Assembly: GCA_902776615.1 (NCBI GenBank)
Contig: CACYQU010000001.1
Span: 10,411 to 74,410, forward strand
Length of the DNA: 64,000 nt
Direction: 5' to 3'
Origin: an uncultured bacterium
GTDB lineage: Bacteria > Verrucomicrobiota > Kiritimatiellia > RFP12 > UBA1067
Positions 26,361 through 36,816 of this stretch are shown here, in pieces. The position numbers and the translations under genes were made by a program. The notes below the pieces were generated by a model. The model had not been told where the DNA came from. It ran no database searches and saw nothing but the letters and a program-made list of their open reading frames with translations. The first letter of the stretch is position 1. Each line of letters starts with the position of its first letter.

Positions 26361-26383
26361 AAATGCGCGTGCTGCGCATTTTT
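26361..26383 (+). terminator. Hairpin + T-tract after the tRNA (weak intrinsic terminator), overlapping the next promoter
   Basis: AAATGCGC-GTGCT-GCGCATTT followed by TT. It abuts the TGGTATAAT at 26383. Confidence 0.45.
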
Positions 26384-26391
26384 GGTATAAT
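26383..26391 (+). promoter_or_regulatory. Extended -10 promoter element TGGTATAAT (mcsA-like/clpC operon, leaderless geometry)
   Basis: The last T is 10 nt before ATG 26401, and there is no SD. Confidence 0.6.
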
Positions 26392-26400
26392 CTCTCTCTT

Positions 26401-27288
26401 ATGAAGTGCGAATTGTGTCATCAACATGACGCGGAGACGGCGATTATCCTCAAGGCTAAAGATGAGGATCGCGAGCTCTATGTGTGCAAGGCGTGTGCGA
26501 AGCGCGAACGTATGCGGCGTCAGCAGAAGAGCCAGCGTACGCGCAAAGCGCCTGGATTGCCACCGGGCATGTCCATTTCCGTTACGCGTGTAGGAGGCGA
26601 CGGCGATGCTCCGCCGCCAATCATCGAGGCTATCATGAACGCCATGCAAGGCATGGTGAACGGGTTGGAGAAGGCTGTCGGGGAGCCGAAGGCCAAGAAA
26701 ACGCCCGAATACAGGCTCTTCCCTTGTTCGCGGGTGGAGGCGGCCTATCGCGTAGGCGAAAGGCTGCATCTGGAGGGGCTGCATCTCATCGGCGAGCTCG
26801 ACGCCGTGCGCCGCGCGTTGCACGCGCTCGACATCGAGCTTGAAGGGTGCGATGTAGACGGCATACGCGATGCGGGGCATGTGTTCGACCTCAAGTACTT
26901 GTGTCCGCAAGAGCGTGCAAAGCGCGTCGTGTCGGACATCCTCGACCAGGAGCACAACGCACGCGAGCGTCTTTGTGTCGAGTTGGCGCGCGTGTTCGGC
27001 GACTCGCTGTGCAGGGCGCTTGCGGTGATGAAGAACTGCCGTTTGCTTTCGCCCGGCGAATTCTTCGATCTTCTGTCGCCGCTAAGACTGGCCGCGCTCG
27101 AGAACATGCTCGACGGAGTCGGCGTGAAGGAGATAGACAAGTGGATGCGCGAGTGCGATCTTTCGTCGCGAGGCGACATCATGCCGCAGGACGAGCGCGA
27201 CCGCATGGACGCCGAGCTCGCCGACGAGATGAACGAGCGGTTTGAGGACGTCGTGCTCGGAGATGACGGGGAAGGACGGTTTCTGTGA
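26401..27288 (+). CDS. Hypothetical ClpC-associated protein: McsA-like CxxC zinc ribbon + region resembling the McsB C-terminal segment, no kinase domain
   Basis: MKCELCHQ...YVCKACA is at the N-terminus, and [21 protein letters not shown] lies near aa 210-232. The stop overlaps the clpC GTG. The track start at 26308 runs through the tRNA and was rejected. Confidence 0.6.
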   Translation: MKCELCHQHDAETAIILKAKDEDRELYVCKACAKRERMRRQQKSQRTRKAPGLPPGMSISVTRVGGDGDAPPPIIEAIMNAMQGMVNGLEKAVGEPKAKKTPEYRLFPCSRVEAAYRVGERLHLEGLHLIGELDAVRRALHALDIELEGCDVDGIRDAGHVFDLKYLCPQERAKRVVSDILDQEHNARERLCVELARVFGDSLCRALAVMKNCRLLSPGEFFDLLSPLRLAALENMLDGVGVKEIDKWMRECDLSSRGDIMPQDERDRMDAELADEMNERFEDVVLGDDGEGRFL

Positions 27289-29756
27289 GTGTGAAATTCA
27301 GCAAAAACGCCGTGGACGCGCTCAATGCGTCCGACAGTTGTGCACGACAGCTTGGCCACGACCACATCGGTTGCGAGCACATATTCCTTTCCCTGCTGGC
27401 GATACCGGGCTGCGAGGCTGCGCGGCGGCTGGCCAAGCTGGGGCTCGCCCTCGACGATCTTTCCGAGTCGATGAAGAACATGATATCGGGCGGAGGCGAC
27501 GGGGTGTTGCAGCGCGGCGCCTTGCCTGTGACCGCGCGCACGAAGAAGGTGCTAGAGATGGCCGAGCTTGAGGCTGGCGCGGGGAATGTCGTCGGTACGG
27601 CCCACATTGTGGCGGCGATGCTGCGCGAAGGCGAGAACGCGCCGGCGCAGCTGCTGTTCAACGCCGGAGTGACGGTGGACAAGTTCATTTCGGCCGGAAT
27701 GCAGGCGCAGAACGATGCGGCGGAATCGTCTGCAGACGGGCAGGAGGACGACGCAGACGAAGAGGACGGCGCGGACGAAGACTCGCCGTCGCAGCGCGGC
27801 GCCAACGGAAAAGCGCAGAAGACGCCGACGATCAACACGTTCGGGCGCGATCTCACCGACCTGGCCCGCCAGGACAAGCTCGATCCTGTCGTCGGCCGCG
27901 AAAAGGAGCTGCGGCGCGTAATCCAGATACTTTCGCGCCGCACGAAGAACAACGCCGTGCTCATTGGCGAGGCCGGTGTCGGAAAGACCGCTGTCGTCGA
28001 GGGCCTGGCGCAGGCCATACACCTTGGGGCGGTTCCCGAGAAAATGCAGTCCAAGCGCGTTGTCGCGCTGGACATGGCGCGCGTCGTGGCAGGCACGCAG
28101 TACCGCGGTCAGTTCGAAGAGCGCCTCAAACGGATAATCGACGAGACGAAGCGAAGCGGCAACATCATTCTTTTTCTGGACGAGATACACACCATGGTCG
28201 GCGCCGGCGGCGCGGAAGGCGCGATGGATGCGGCGAACATACTCAAGCCCGCGCTTGCGCGCGGCGAGTTGCAGTGCATCGGCGCGACGACGCTGAAAGA
28301 GTACCACAAGTCCATCGAAAAGGATGCTGCGCTCGAGAGGCGCTTTCAGAGCGTGCAGGTCGACGAGCCTACCGTGGAGGACAGCGTCAGAATCCTGAAG
28401 GGAATCGCGCCCAAGTACGAAGAACACCACGGCGTGAGGTTCGGCGCGGACGCGATCAGAGCTGCGGTTTCGCTGACGGCGAGATACCTGCCCGCGCGGC
28501 AGCTGCCCGACAAGGCGATCGACGCGATGGACGAGACTGGCGCGCGCCTGAGGATGGGCGCAAGCGAGCGTCCTGAATCGATGACACGCCGCCAGGAGGA
28601 GATCGATTCGCTTCGCGCCAGAAAGGACGCGGCCGTAAAGCGCGGCGATTTCGACGCGGCGTCGCAGTACCGCGACGCCATCAAGAAGGCGTCTGCCGAG
28701 CTTCAGTCGGAGATAGCGAAGTGGCGCGAGACCCATGCGGAAAAGCCCATAGACGCCACGGAGGACGATGTAGCCGAAACGGTGAGTTCCATGAGCGGAG
28801 TGCCTGTCGAGAAGATGAACGCGGCCACGGCGGAAATGCTGGTGGGCATGGAGAAGTCTCTTGGAGAGGCAGTCGTGGGGCAGAAGCCGGCGATAAGCGC
28901 AATAGCCCGCGCTCTTAGGCGAAGCAGGGCGTTTCTGGCGGATCCGAAGCGTCCGATCGGAAGCTTCCTGTTTCTGGGGCCGACCGGAGTCGGCAAGACC
29001 CATCTTGCGAAGATGCTGGCCGAGCGCATCTACGGCGACAGCAAGGCTCTGATAACCATCGACATGTCCGAGTTCCAGGAGAAGTATTCCGCATCGCGCC
29101 TTGTCGGTGCGCCGCCGGGATATGTCGGCTACGACGAAGGCGGACAACTTACCGAGAAGGTGCGGCGGCGGCCGTATTCTGTCGTGCTGTTCGACGAGTT
29201 CGAGAAAGCGAACGGCGATGTGATGAACATGCTGCTGCAGATACTGGACGACGGCCGGTTGACGGATGGCCAGGGGCGGGTCATAGATTTCAGGAACACC
29301 ATTATCATCTGCACCGCCAATCTCGGATTCGACTTTGCACGCGAGGGACACACCCTCGGGTTCGCGACGGAGACCGCCGAGACAAGCTACGAAATGCTGA
29401 AGGAGAAACTCCTTTCCGAAGCGAAGCGCACCTTCCGTCCGGAACTGCTCAACCGCTTTGACGAGACGGTGGTGTTCCGCAAGCTCGAGAAGGCGGACAT
29501 GGAGGAGATACTGAAGCTGGAGCTTGCAAAGCTGCAGGCCAGGCTCAAGGAGGCCCACATCACGCTTTCGCTGGACAAGAAGGCGGCGGCATTCCTGGCC
29601 GAGAAGGGGTACGACTCCGCGCTTGGCGCAAGACCTCTTAGGCGTGTCGTGCAAGACTACCTCGAAGACCCGCTCGCCGACCTCGTCCTTTCAGGCAAGG
29701 CTCGCCCCCGCATGCGCGCCAGGCTTTCGAAAGACGGCGAGTCCATAAAGTTCTGA
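27285..29756 (+). CDS. clpC: ATP-dependent Clp protease ATP-binding subunit ClpC
   Basis: It has Clp N-domain repeats, two AAA+ modules (GEAGVGKTA; [12 protein letters not shown]) and a UVR-like middle domain ([12 protein letters not shown]). Confidence 0.92.
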   Translation: MSVKFSKNAVDALNASDSCARQLGHDHIGCEHIFLSLLAIPGCEAARRLAKLGLALDDLSESMKNMISGGGDGVLQRGALPVTARTKKVLEMAELEAGAGNVVGTAHIVAAMLREGENAPAQLLFNAGVTVDKFISAGMQAQNDAAESSADGQEDDADEEDGADEDSPSQRGANGKAQKTPTINTFGRDLTDLARQDKLDPVVGREKELRRVIQILSRRTKNNAVLIGEAGVGKTAVVEGLAQAIHLGAVPEKMQSKRVVALDMARVVAGTQYRGQFEERLKRIIDETKRSGNIILFLDEIHTMVGAGGAEGAMDAANILKPALARGELQCIGATTLKEYHKSIEKDAALERRFQSVQVDEPTVEDSVRILKGIAPKYEEHHGVRFGADAIRAAVSLTARYLPARQLPDKAIDAMDETGARLRMGASERPESMTRRQEEIDSLRARKDAAVKRGDFDAASQYRDAIKKASAELQSEIAKWRETHAEKPIDATEDDVAETVSSMSGVPVEKMNAATAEMLVGMEKSLGEAVVGQKPAISAIARALRRSRAFLADPKRPIGSFLFLGPTGVGKTHLAKMLAERIYGDSKALITIDMSEFQEKYSASRLVGAPPGYVGYDEGGQLTEKVRRRPYSVVLFDEFEKANGDVMNMLLQILDDGRLTDGQGRVIDFRNTIIICTANLGFDFAREGHTLGFATETAETSYEMLKEKLLSEAKRTFRPELLNRFDETVVFRKLEKADMEEILKLELAKLQARLKEAHITLSLDKKAAAFLAEKGYDSALGARPLRRVVQDYLEDPLADLVLSGKARPRMRARLSKDGESIKF

Positions 29757-29784
29757 AGTTTTCGCAAGTGGCGTTCACGTCGAC

Positions 29785-31695
29785 ATGTCAACGGTACCAG
29801 AGAGCACGATCGAAGAGATAAAGGCCCGCATAGACCTTGAGGATCTCATCTCGTCGTACGGCATACAGATGCGGCGCTCCGGGTCAAGCGCGATGGCGTG
29901 CTGTCCGTTCCACAACGAAAAGACGCCGAGCTTCAGCATCAACTCGTCAAGAGGCTTCTACCACTGTTTCGGTTGCGGAGAATCGGGCGATGCGATAAAG
30001 TTCGTGATGAAGTACGAGGGGCTTGAGTTCATGGACGCCGTGAAGAAGCTCGCCGAGCAGTGCGGAGTGAAGGTCGAGGAGCGCGAAGATCCCGAGGCGG
30101 GCCGCCGCAAGCGGCTTTTGGCGCTTATGGCCGAGCTTGCCCGGTTCTACCACCGGTGCCTCGGCAAAATGCGGGAGGCGGCGCCTGCGCGAGAGTATCT
30201 GGTCCGTCGCGATCTGAACGAAAAGGTACAGGACGACTTTCTCATTGGATATGCGCCAAACGGAATCGTGCCCATTCGCAAATGGGCCGAGAAGTACGGC
30301 TACACAATGGAGGAACTCGAAGCGGCTGGGGTTGTAAAGAGACCCGACAAGCCCGGCGACCTCGGGTACCACCGCTTCGGCGGGCGGCTCATGTTTTCGA
30401 TAAAGGACCGCCAAGGCCGCGTCGTGGCATTCTCCGGGCGCCAGCTTGTGGAGAGCAAGAATTCGGGCAAGTACGTCAATTCGCCCGAGACGGCGATATT
30501 CAAGAAGTCCAGCGTGCTTTTCGGCTTCGACCGCGCGGCGGCGGAAATCGCCAAAGCTCCGCACCGCGAGGCGATAGTATGCGAAGGGCAGATCGACGCA
30601 ATAAGGCTTCACATATCCGGATTTCCGGTCGCGGTCGCATCGCAGGGCACGGCGTTCACGGAAACTCACGCAAAGATGCTGAAGCGCGTCGCCGACGCGG
30701 TAGTGCTCGTATTCGACGATGACGCGGCAGGGCACAAGGCGACGGTGCGAACTGCTGCGATGCTGCTTGCCGCGGAGATTCCCGTAAGAGTCGTTTCGCT
30801 GCCTGGCGGCGACGATCCCGATTCGTTTTTGCGCACGAAAGGGGCTGATGCGTTCCGCAAACTTCTCGACGCGGCGGAGTCGATAGTGTCGTTCCAGTGC
30901 CGCGTCGAAAGGGCGAAGGAGGCGAATCCAAGGTCCATTGACGCCGTGTCGCGCATGTCAAGGTCGGTGCTGTCCACTATCGCGGCTTGTCCTGGCGCGA
31001 TACTGCGCGCAAGCCTCGCCGATGAAGCGGCGAATCTGCTGGGGCTGCCGGTTGCGGCCGTTTCGGAAGAGCTTGAGAAACTGCGGGCGCAGTCCGCGCG
31101 CACCGTCAAGCCGCGCTATGGCGCGCCTGAAGCAGCCGGGCAGGACGGCTCGGACGACAGTGCGGACTATTCGGTTCGCGCGCAAGACGATCCGGCGATT
31201 CCGGGCGAAAGCGCCGCAGCGGTCGAACCGCCTCCTGGCCGTGAACTTGCGATGGCCGCGTTTCTGCTCGCCAACGAGCGTGACGTCGCGCTGGACGCGA
31301 TTATCGGCGAATTTCTTCCGCAGGAAGTGTTCAACCACAATTTCACGTGGCGCTTCGTCGAAGCGTGGAGGGCTGGTGTCGCCAGCGGCGAGGATACGCT
31401 TGCGGCGTTCGCCGACTCCCTCGGACCGCTCGAGCGCGGCTGGTTCGACGAACTGATGCTTTCGGCGGGGCGCACAAACGCGAGTTCGCTTTCGGCCGTC
31501 GACATCATGCAGGACTACGTGCGCGCGCTCTGGTGCGACTGCCTAAAGCGGCGGCGAGGAGCCCTGCTTGCGGATGGAGGCGCGGCGACAGATGTCGAGA
31601 GAATCAGAATTTCCGCTACACTGAAACGGCTCAATATGGTAAAATGGCACACCGTAAAGGAAATAGTGCGCAAACTTACAAAAGGAGAGTATTGA
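29785..31695 (+). CDS. dnaG: DNA primase
   Basis: It has a CHC2 zinc finger (CCPFHNEKTPSF...YHCFGCG) and a TOPRIM region (VCEGQIDAI...VFDDDAAG). Confidence 0.92.
   Translation: MSTVPESTIEEIKARIDLEDLISSYGIQMRRSGSSAMACCPFHNEKTPSFSINSSRGFYHCFGCGESGDAIKFVMKYEGLEFMDAVKKLAEQCGVKVEEREDPEAGRRKRLLALMAELARFYHRCLGKMREAAPAREYLVRRDLNEKVQDDFLIGYAPNGIVPIRKWAEKYGYTMEELEAAGVVKRPDKPGDLGYHRFGGRLMFSIKDRQGRVVAFSGRQLVESKNSGKYVNSPETAIFKKSSVLFGFDRAAAEIAKAPHREAIVCEGQIDAIRLHISGFPVAVASQGTAFTETHAKMLKRVADAVVLVFDDDAAGHKATVRTAAMLLAAEIPVRVVSLPGGDDPDSFLRTKGADAFRKLLDAAESIVSFQCRVERAKEANPRSIDAVSRMSRSVLSTIAACPGAILRASLADEAANLLGLPVAAVSEELEKLRAQSARTVKPRYGAPEAAGQDGSDDSADYSVRAQDDPAIPGESAAAVEPPPGRELAMAAFLLANERDVALDAIIGEFLPQEVFNHNFTWRFVEAWRAGVASGEDTLAAFADSLGPLERGWFDELMLSAGRTNASSLSAVDIMQDYVRALWCDCLKRRRGALLADGGAATDVERIRISATLKRLNMVKWHTVKEIVRKLTKGEY
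31637..31645 (+). promoter_or_regulatory. Possible internal extended -10 element TGGTAAAAT inside dnaG 3' end (moxR)
   Basis: The match lies 52 nt upstream of ATG 31697, which has an AAAGGAGAG SD. Confidence 0.35.
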
Positions 31696-31696
31696 A

Positions 31697-32659
31697 ATGG
31701 ACCTCAAAGAGGCAACAGGCAGAATCGCCCGCCAGGGCGAACTGGTGGAGAAAATCCGCGCTGAAGTCGCGAAGGTGATCGTCGGGCAGGAGAAGCTCGT
31801 CGACAGGCTCATATTGGCCATGGCAACCGGCGGGCACATACTGCTTGAAGGCGTTCCGGGGCTGGCGAAGACGCTTTCGGTGAACACGCTGGCGAAGGCG
31901 CTAGGCCTTGAATTCAGGCGCATATCGTTCACTCCGGACCTTCTGCCTGCCGATGTCGTCGGCACGCTCGTGTATTCGCCGAAGACAGGCGAGTTCACGC
32001 CGAAGAAAGGGCCCGTGTTCACGAATCTTCTGCTTGCGGACGAAATCAACCGTGCGCCGGCGAAAGTGCAGTCCGCGCTTCTCGAATCGATGCAGGAGCG
32101 TCAAGTGACAATCGGCGACGAGACCTACCGCCTGCCCAGTCCGTTTCTCGTGCTGGCCACGCAGAACCCGCTTGAACAGGAGGGCACGTATCCTCTGCCC
32201 GAGGCCCAGGTGGACCGCTTCATGTTCAAGTGCCTCGTCGAAGCGCCGTCCAAGGCCGATGAGCGCCGCATCATGCAGCGATTTGCCGAAAGCGCCGCAG
32301 CGCCCGAGGCGAAGGCCGTGTGCGCCAAGGAGGATGTCGAGGCTCTGCGCGCGGCGCTAAACGAGGTCTACTGCGACGAGAAAGTGGGCGACTATATTCT
32401 TGACATAGTGTTCAAGACCCGCGAGAAGAACGAGCACATCCAGAACGGCGCCAGCCCGCGCGCAACGCTTGCGCTCAACCTCGCCGCGCGCGGCAATGCG
32501 CTGATGCACGGCAGGGCGTATGCAACGCCGCAGGACGTAAAGGAAGTCGTTCACGACGTGCTGCGCCACAGGATCCTTCTTACATACGAGGCAGAGGCCG
32601 AAGACATCACCAGCGACAAGGTGATCGACAAGATACTTTCCGAGGTTCCTGTTCCGTAA
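31697..32659 (+). CDS. MoxR-family AAA+ ATPase
   Basis: Walker A LLEGVPGLAKT and Walker B LLADEINRA are present, with a typical MoxR length of 320 aa. Confidence 0.88.
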   Translation: MDLKEATGRIARQGELVEKIRAEVAKVIVGQEKLVDRLILAMATGGHILLEGVPGLAKTLSVNTLAKALGLEFRRISFTPDLLPADVVGTLVYSPKTGEFTPKKGPVFTNLLLADEINRAPAKVQSALLESMQERQVTIGDETYRLPSPFLVLATQNPLEQEGTYPLPEAQVDRFMFKCLVEAPSKADERRIMQRFAESAAAPEAKAVCAKEDVEALRAALNEVYCDEKVGDYILDIVFKTREKNEHIQNGASPRATLALNLAARGNALMHGRAYATPQDVKEVVHDVLRHRILLTYEAEAEDITSDKVIDKILSEVPVP

Positions 32660-32665
32660 CATCCG

Positions 32666-33904
32666 ATGGACGCAACTCAGAGTCGGCCGGTCAGGGCCAT
32701 AGTTCTCGGCGCAGGATACAGAGGGCGCGCGTACGCGGCCTATGCTGTGGCGCACCCTGACCAGCTTGAAATCGCCGGCGTGGCGGATCCCGAACAGGCC
32801 GAGACGATTTCCGCGCCGCGCTATTGGCATGACTGGCGCGACTGCCTTGCGGCGCGACCCGAGGCTGACATCGTCTTTGTGACTCTGCCGGACGCGCTGC
32901 ATTACGAAGCCGCGATGTCCGCGCTCGACATGGGATATCACCTGCTTCTCGAGAAGCCGCTGGCGAGAACCGAGGCTCACTGCCGGGAGATCGTCGCCAC
33001 CGCCGTTCGCCGCGGACTTCTCGTGATGACCGGTCACGTGCTCAGGTACACGCGCTATTTCGCGCACATCAAAGCCATCCTCGATTCCGGCGAGCTGGGC
33101 GAAGTCGTGTCGATAGCGCATCAGGAGTCGGTGGGGTTTTTCAAGATTGCCCACTCGCACTGCCGCGGCAACTGGTCCAATTCGCGGAAGTCTTCGCCAA
33201 TCATTCTTCAGAAATGCTCGCACGATTTCGATCTGTTCCATTGGTGGTTGGGGCGCAAGTGCAGGCGCGTATCCAGCTTCGGTTCGCTTAGGTTGTTCCG
33301 TCCCGAGAACAGACCCGAAGGTGCGGCAGACAGGTGCATGGAATGTCCTGCGGCGATCGAGCGCGACTGCATCTGGAGCGCGCGCAAGATGTATCTGGAA
33401 TACGGCGAACGGCTTGGATACATGTTCGCGGACACTTCGCGCAAGGCGATGGAAAAAGTCGTGGAGGAGAGTCCGTTCGGGCGTTGCGTCTACGCGTGCG
33501 ACAACGACGTGCCAGACCATCAGGTCGTAAACATGGAGTTCGACGGCGGCGCGACCGTAAGCCTTGTAATGGCCGGATACACCGAGAGAAACGTCCGCAC
33601 GACCCGCATAAGCTGCACGGGCGGCGAGATAATCGGCGACGGCGAGACCTTGCACATATGCAGATTCGGATGCTGCGACGCCGATCTCGACGCGACGAGC
33701 GGACCGTTTTCGCATCGCGAACACAACCCGTCGCGGCACGGCGGCGGGGATTTCAATCTGGTTGAGGCGGCCATACGCCTGGCAAGGAGTGGCGAGGCGG
33801 CTGAAATACGGGCTTGCACAGAGGGGTCGTTGGAGAGCCACCTCATTGCATTCGCGGCGGAGGAGTCCCGCCTGAACGGAGGAAGGGTAGTGGAGCTGAA
33901 ATGA
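32666..33904 (+). CDS. Gfo/Idh/MocA family oxidoreductase
   Basis: It has an N-terminal Rossmann motif (RAIVLGAGYRGRAY) and the EKP motif (LLLEKPLA). Confidence 0.8.
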   Translation: MDATQSRPVRAIVLGAGYRGRAYAAYAVAHPDQLEIAGVADPEQAETISAPRYWHDWRDCLAARPEADIVFVTLPDALHYEAAMSALDMGYHLLLEKPLARTEAHCREIVATAVRRGLLVMTGHVLRYTRYFAHIKAILDSGELGEVVSIAHQESVGFFKIAHSHCRGNWSNSRKSSPIILQKCSHDFDLFHWWLGRKCRRVSSFGSLRLFRPENRPEGAADRCMECPAAIERDCIWSARKMYLEYGERLGYMFADTSRKAMEKVVEESPFGRCVYACDNDVPDHQVVNMEFDGGATVSLVMAGYTERNVRTTRISCTGGEIIGDGETLHICRFGCCDADLDATSGPFSHREHNPSRHGGGDFNLVEAAIRLARSGEAAEIRACTEGSLESHLIAFAAEESRLNGGRVVELK

Positions 33905-35001
33905 GCGAATTTCTGGTTTTCGATCATGTGACCAAGCGCTTTGGCGCATTGACTGCGGTGAACGACGTATCGCTCACCGTCAACAGGGGCGAGTTCTTTT
34001 CGCTTCTGGGTCCGTCCGGATGCGGCAAGACTACGCTTCTTCGCATGCTCGGAGGTTTCGAGCGTCCCGACTCGGGGCGCATTTATCTGGAAGGGCGCGA
34101 CATAACCGACCTTCCTCCGAACCAGCGCAGAATCCATACGGTGTTTCAGAACTACGCCCTGTTCCCGACGATGACCGTGTGGGACAACATCGCGTTTTCG
34201 CTGAAGCTCGCCAAGAAGCAGAAGGGCGAAATCGAAGAGCGCGTGGAAGAGATACTGGAAATGATCCAGCTCTCCGATCAGGCTTGGAAGTATCCATCGC
34301 AGCTTTCCGGCGGACAGAAACAGCGCGTTGCGATCGCGCGCGCGCTTGTCGACCGTCCGCAGGTTCTGCTGCTCGACGAACCTCTCGCCGCGCTCGACCT
34401 CAAGCTGCGCCAGCACATGCTTCTCGAGCTGGACACGATTCACGACCAGGTGGGAATAACGTTCCTTTATGTAACCCACGACCAGGGCGAGGCGATGTCG
34501 TTGTCGGACAGGATTGCGGTCATCAACAAGGGAACCGTGGAGCAGCTTGACGGACCGGCGAAGATATACGAGGCGCCAGCGTCTCGCTTCGTTGCGTCGT
34601 TCATAGGCGACACGAACTTTTTCTCCGGCGAAATATCCGCCGTAGAGGGCGACTACTGCTATCTTGCCGTAGACGGCTTCCCGCAGATAAAGGCGTTCAA
34701 CGACAAATCGCTGAAGGTGGGCCAGAAGGTCGATCTGTCGGTGAGGCCCGAAAAGATACGCGTTACGCTTGCGCCGCCGCTGCCCGAGAAGGGCGCGTCG
34801 ATAAACGTGTTCCCGTCCAAGGTCAAGGATATCGTCTACCAGGGAGTGTACACGAAATACTGGCTTGAATCCTCGAATCTCAGGATCGCCGCCCTAAAGC
34901 CGCATTCGCGCTTTCTTCTCGACCAGGAGCCGATTACATGGAATGACGACGTGTTCGTCTGGTGGCATCCCGACGATGGCTACATGGTGGAGGTGCAATG
35001 A
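33901..35001 (+). CDS. potA: Spermidine/putrescine-type ABC transporter ATP-binding protein
   Basis: Walker A GPSGCGKTT, signature LSGGQKQR and Walker B LLLDEP are present, with a C-terminal TOBE-like domain. An ATGA overlap joins it to the upstream gene. Confidence 0.85.
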   Translation: MSEFLVFDHVTKRFGALTAVNDVSLTVNRGEFFSLLGPSGCGKTTLLRMLGGFERPDSGRIYLEGRDITDLPPNQRRIHTVFQNYALFPTMTVWDNIAFSLKLAKKQKGEIEERVEEILEMIQLSDQAWKYPSQLSGGQKQRVAIARALVDRPQVLLLDEPLAALDLKLRQHMLLELDTIHDQVGITFLYVTHDQGEAMSLSDRIAVINKGTVEQLDGPAKIYEAPASRFVASFIGDTNFFSGEISAVEGDYCYLAVDGFPQIKAFNDKSLKVGQKVDLSVRPEKIRVTLAPPLPEKGASINVFPSKVKDIVYQGVYTKYWLESSNLRIAALKPHSRFLLDQEPITWNDDVFVWWHPDDGYMVEVQ

Positions 35002-35990
35002 CGGAAAACCCTCTTCGTTCGCGCAAGGCGGAATGGCTCGTGACCTTGCCCAGCTTTTTGTGGCTGGCGCTGTTCTTCGCCATTCCTGCGCTGATCGTGC
35101 TGGCGTTCACTTTTCATGCCCACACGACCAACGGAGGTGTCGGTGAATGGAGCCTGAGCACGTGGCGCGAACTGGTCGATCCGGACTATCCGGCGATTGT
35201 CTGGAACACTTTCAGGATTTCATTCGAGGTTACCTTCTGGTGCATCGTGCTCGCACTGCCGTGCGCATACGCGATAGCACGCATGAACAAGAAATGGCGC
35301 GCAATAGTCGCTGGGTCGATAATGCTGCCGTTCTGGACGAGTTTCGTTGTGAGAGTGTTCGCCTGGAAGACCATGCTGCATCCCGACGGCTGGCTGCAGT
35401 CGTGCTATATCACGTGGCTTGAGTTGCGCGAATGGCTTTTCGACTGGCTGCCCGCCGTTGCGCAGCGCGTTCTCGTATGGGCGGGGCTTGCGTCCGCCGG
35501 ACCGGTCGATCCCGCGACATCGACGATACTCGATTCGGACACGGCCGTAGTGCTTGTGTCCGTCTACTCTTTCCTGCCGTTTGCGATAATGCCGATATAC
35601 ACGGCTGCGGAGAAGTTCGACTTTGCTCTTCTGGAAGCTGCGCGCGACCTTGGTGCGAAGAGCTTCTACGCCTTCAGAAAGATATTCGTGCCTGGAATAC
35701 GCCAAGGCATCGTGTCGGCCATACTGATGGTGTTCATACCTGCGATCGGCTCGTATGTCATTCCGCAGATGCTCGGCGGCACCGACTGCGTGCTCATCGG
35801 CAACAAGATATTCATGCGGGCCATACAGAATCGCAACATTCCGCACGCGTCTGCGCTTGCGACGCTGATGGCCGTGTCGGTGCTTGTGCCGCTTGCGGTC
35901 GCCATGTGGTGGAAGTCGCGACAGGACGCGCGCGACAGAAAGCGTGTCGAGACGCGCGCTGCGCGCATGACGGAAGGAGGCGCAAGGTGA
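34998..35990 (+). CDS. potB: ABC transporter permease (PotB-like)
   Basis: It has six TM segments and the EAA-loop LLEAARDLGA. It overlaps potA by 4 nt. Confidence 0.8.
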   Translation: MTENPLRSRKAEWLVTLPSFLWLALFFAIPALIVLAFTFHAHTTNGGVGEWSLSTWRELVDPDYPAIVWNTFRISFEVTFWCIVLALPCAYAIARMNKKWRAIVAGSIMLPFWTSFVVRVFAWKTMLHPDGWLQSCYITWLELREWLFDWLPAVAQRVLVWAGLASAGPVDPATSTILDSDTAVVLVSVYSFLPFAIMPIYTAAEKFDFALLEAARDLGAKSFYAFRKIFVPGIRQGIVSAILMVFIPAIGSYVIPQMLGGTDCVLIGNKIFMRAIQNRNIPHASALATLMAVSVLVPLAVAMWWKSRQDARDRKRVETRAARMTEGGAR

Positions 35991-36811
35991 AGAGGTCGTT
36001 CTTCTCGGTCGCAGTGCTGGCGTTTGTGCTCGCGTTCCTCTATGTGCCGATAATCCTCGTCGTGGTATACGGTTTCATACCAAACGGAATATCCATGTCA
36101 TTCACCGATGCCCGTGGACGCTTCATCGGTTTTTCCATGAAGTGGTACGCGCAGATATTTTCCGGGCACTACTCCGTAAAGGCCTTGATGCAGAGTTTCT
36201 GGCTTTCGCTTACGATCGCCGGTCTTGCGACGCTTATATCGTGCGTAATAGGCACGACGGCCGCGCTCGCCCTCCATCGCTGGAAGGACCGTCTTCAGTC
36301 GATTCACCACGCTCTTGTCTACACGCCGCTAGTGATGCCTGACATATTGATAGGCATATCGCTGCTCATGCTGTTCGTCGCGGCGAACATAGAGTGTGGC
36401 TTCTGGACGATTCTCGTTGCGCACGTGACGTTCTGCGTCTCATACGTGGTGATGACGATCCTCGCTCGGCTGCAGGACTTCGACGACAGGCTGGTCGAGG
36501 CCGCGTACGACCTGGGCGCCGGGCCGTGGTACACATTCTTCAAGGTCGAGCTTCCCATTCTTATGCCAGGCATAATAGCAGGCGGGCTTCTCGCGTTTAC
36601 GCTTTCGATCGACGATGTCGTGATCACGTCGTTTGTGAACGGCGCAGGCACAAACACGTTCCCGACGTATGTAAGCTCGATGACGAAGCACTCGAAAAAC
36701 CTGCCGTCCGTGTTTGCCCTTTCGACGCTGATGCTGCTGTTCACGTGCGCGCTCGCAGGGCTTTCCAAGTTTATGGCGCGCGCGCAGGTTCCGCAGTCCA
36801 AGGGGAGGTGA
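35987..36811 (+). CDS. potC: ABC transporter permease (PotC-like)
   Basis: GTG start in a GTGA overlap. The EAA-loop is LVEAAYDLGAGPW. The track start at 35432 is an out-of-frame extension over potB. Confidence 0.8.
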   Translation: MKRSFFSVAVLAFVLAFLYVPIILVVVYGFIPNGISMSFTDARGRFIGFSMKWYAQIFSGHYSVKALMQSFWLSLTIAGLATLISCVIGTTAALALHRWKDRLQSIHHALVYTPLVMPDILIGISLLMLFVAANIECGFWTILVAHVTFCVSYVVMTILARLQDFDDRLVEAAYDLGAGPWYTFFKVELPILMPGIIAGGLLAFTLSIDDVVITSFVNGAGTNTFPTYVSSMTKHSKNLPSVFALSTLMLLFTCALAGLSKFMARAQVPQSKGR

Positions 36812-36816
36812 TTCGC

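Noticed and set aside
26308-26400. N-terminal extension of the ORF 26308-27288
   Set aside because: The extension starts inside the tRNA and reads through its terminator and the TGGTATAAT promoter. The family-like N-terminus MKCELCHQ begins at 26401.
27552-29654. 700-aa minus-strand ORF
   Set aside because: It is antisense to clpC, whose AAA+ motifs are unambiguous. It is a typical high-GC shadow ORF.
32357-33949. 530-aa minus-strand ORF
   Set aside because: It is antisense to the Gfo/Idh/MocA oxidoreductase and to the moxR 3' end. It is Arg/Ala-rich with no recognisable motifs.
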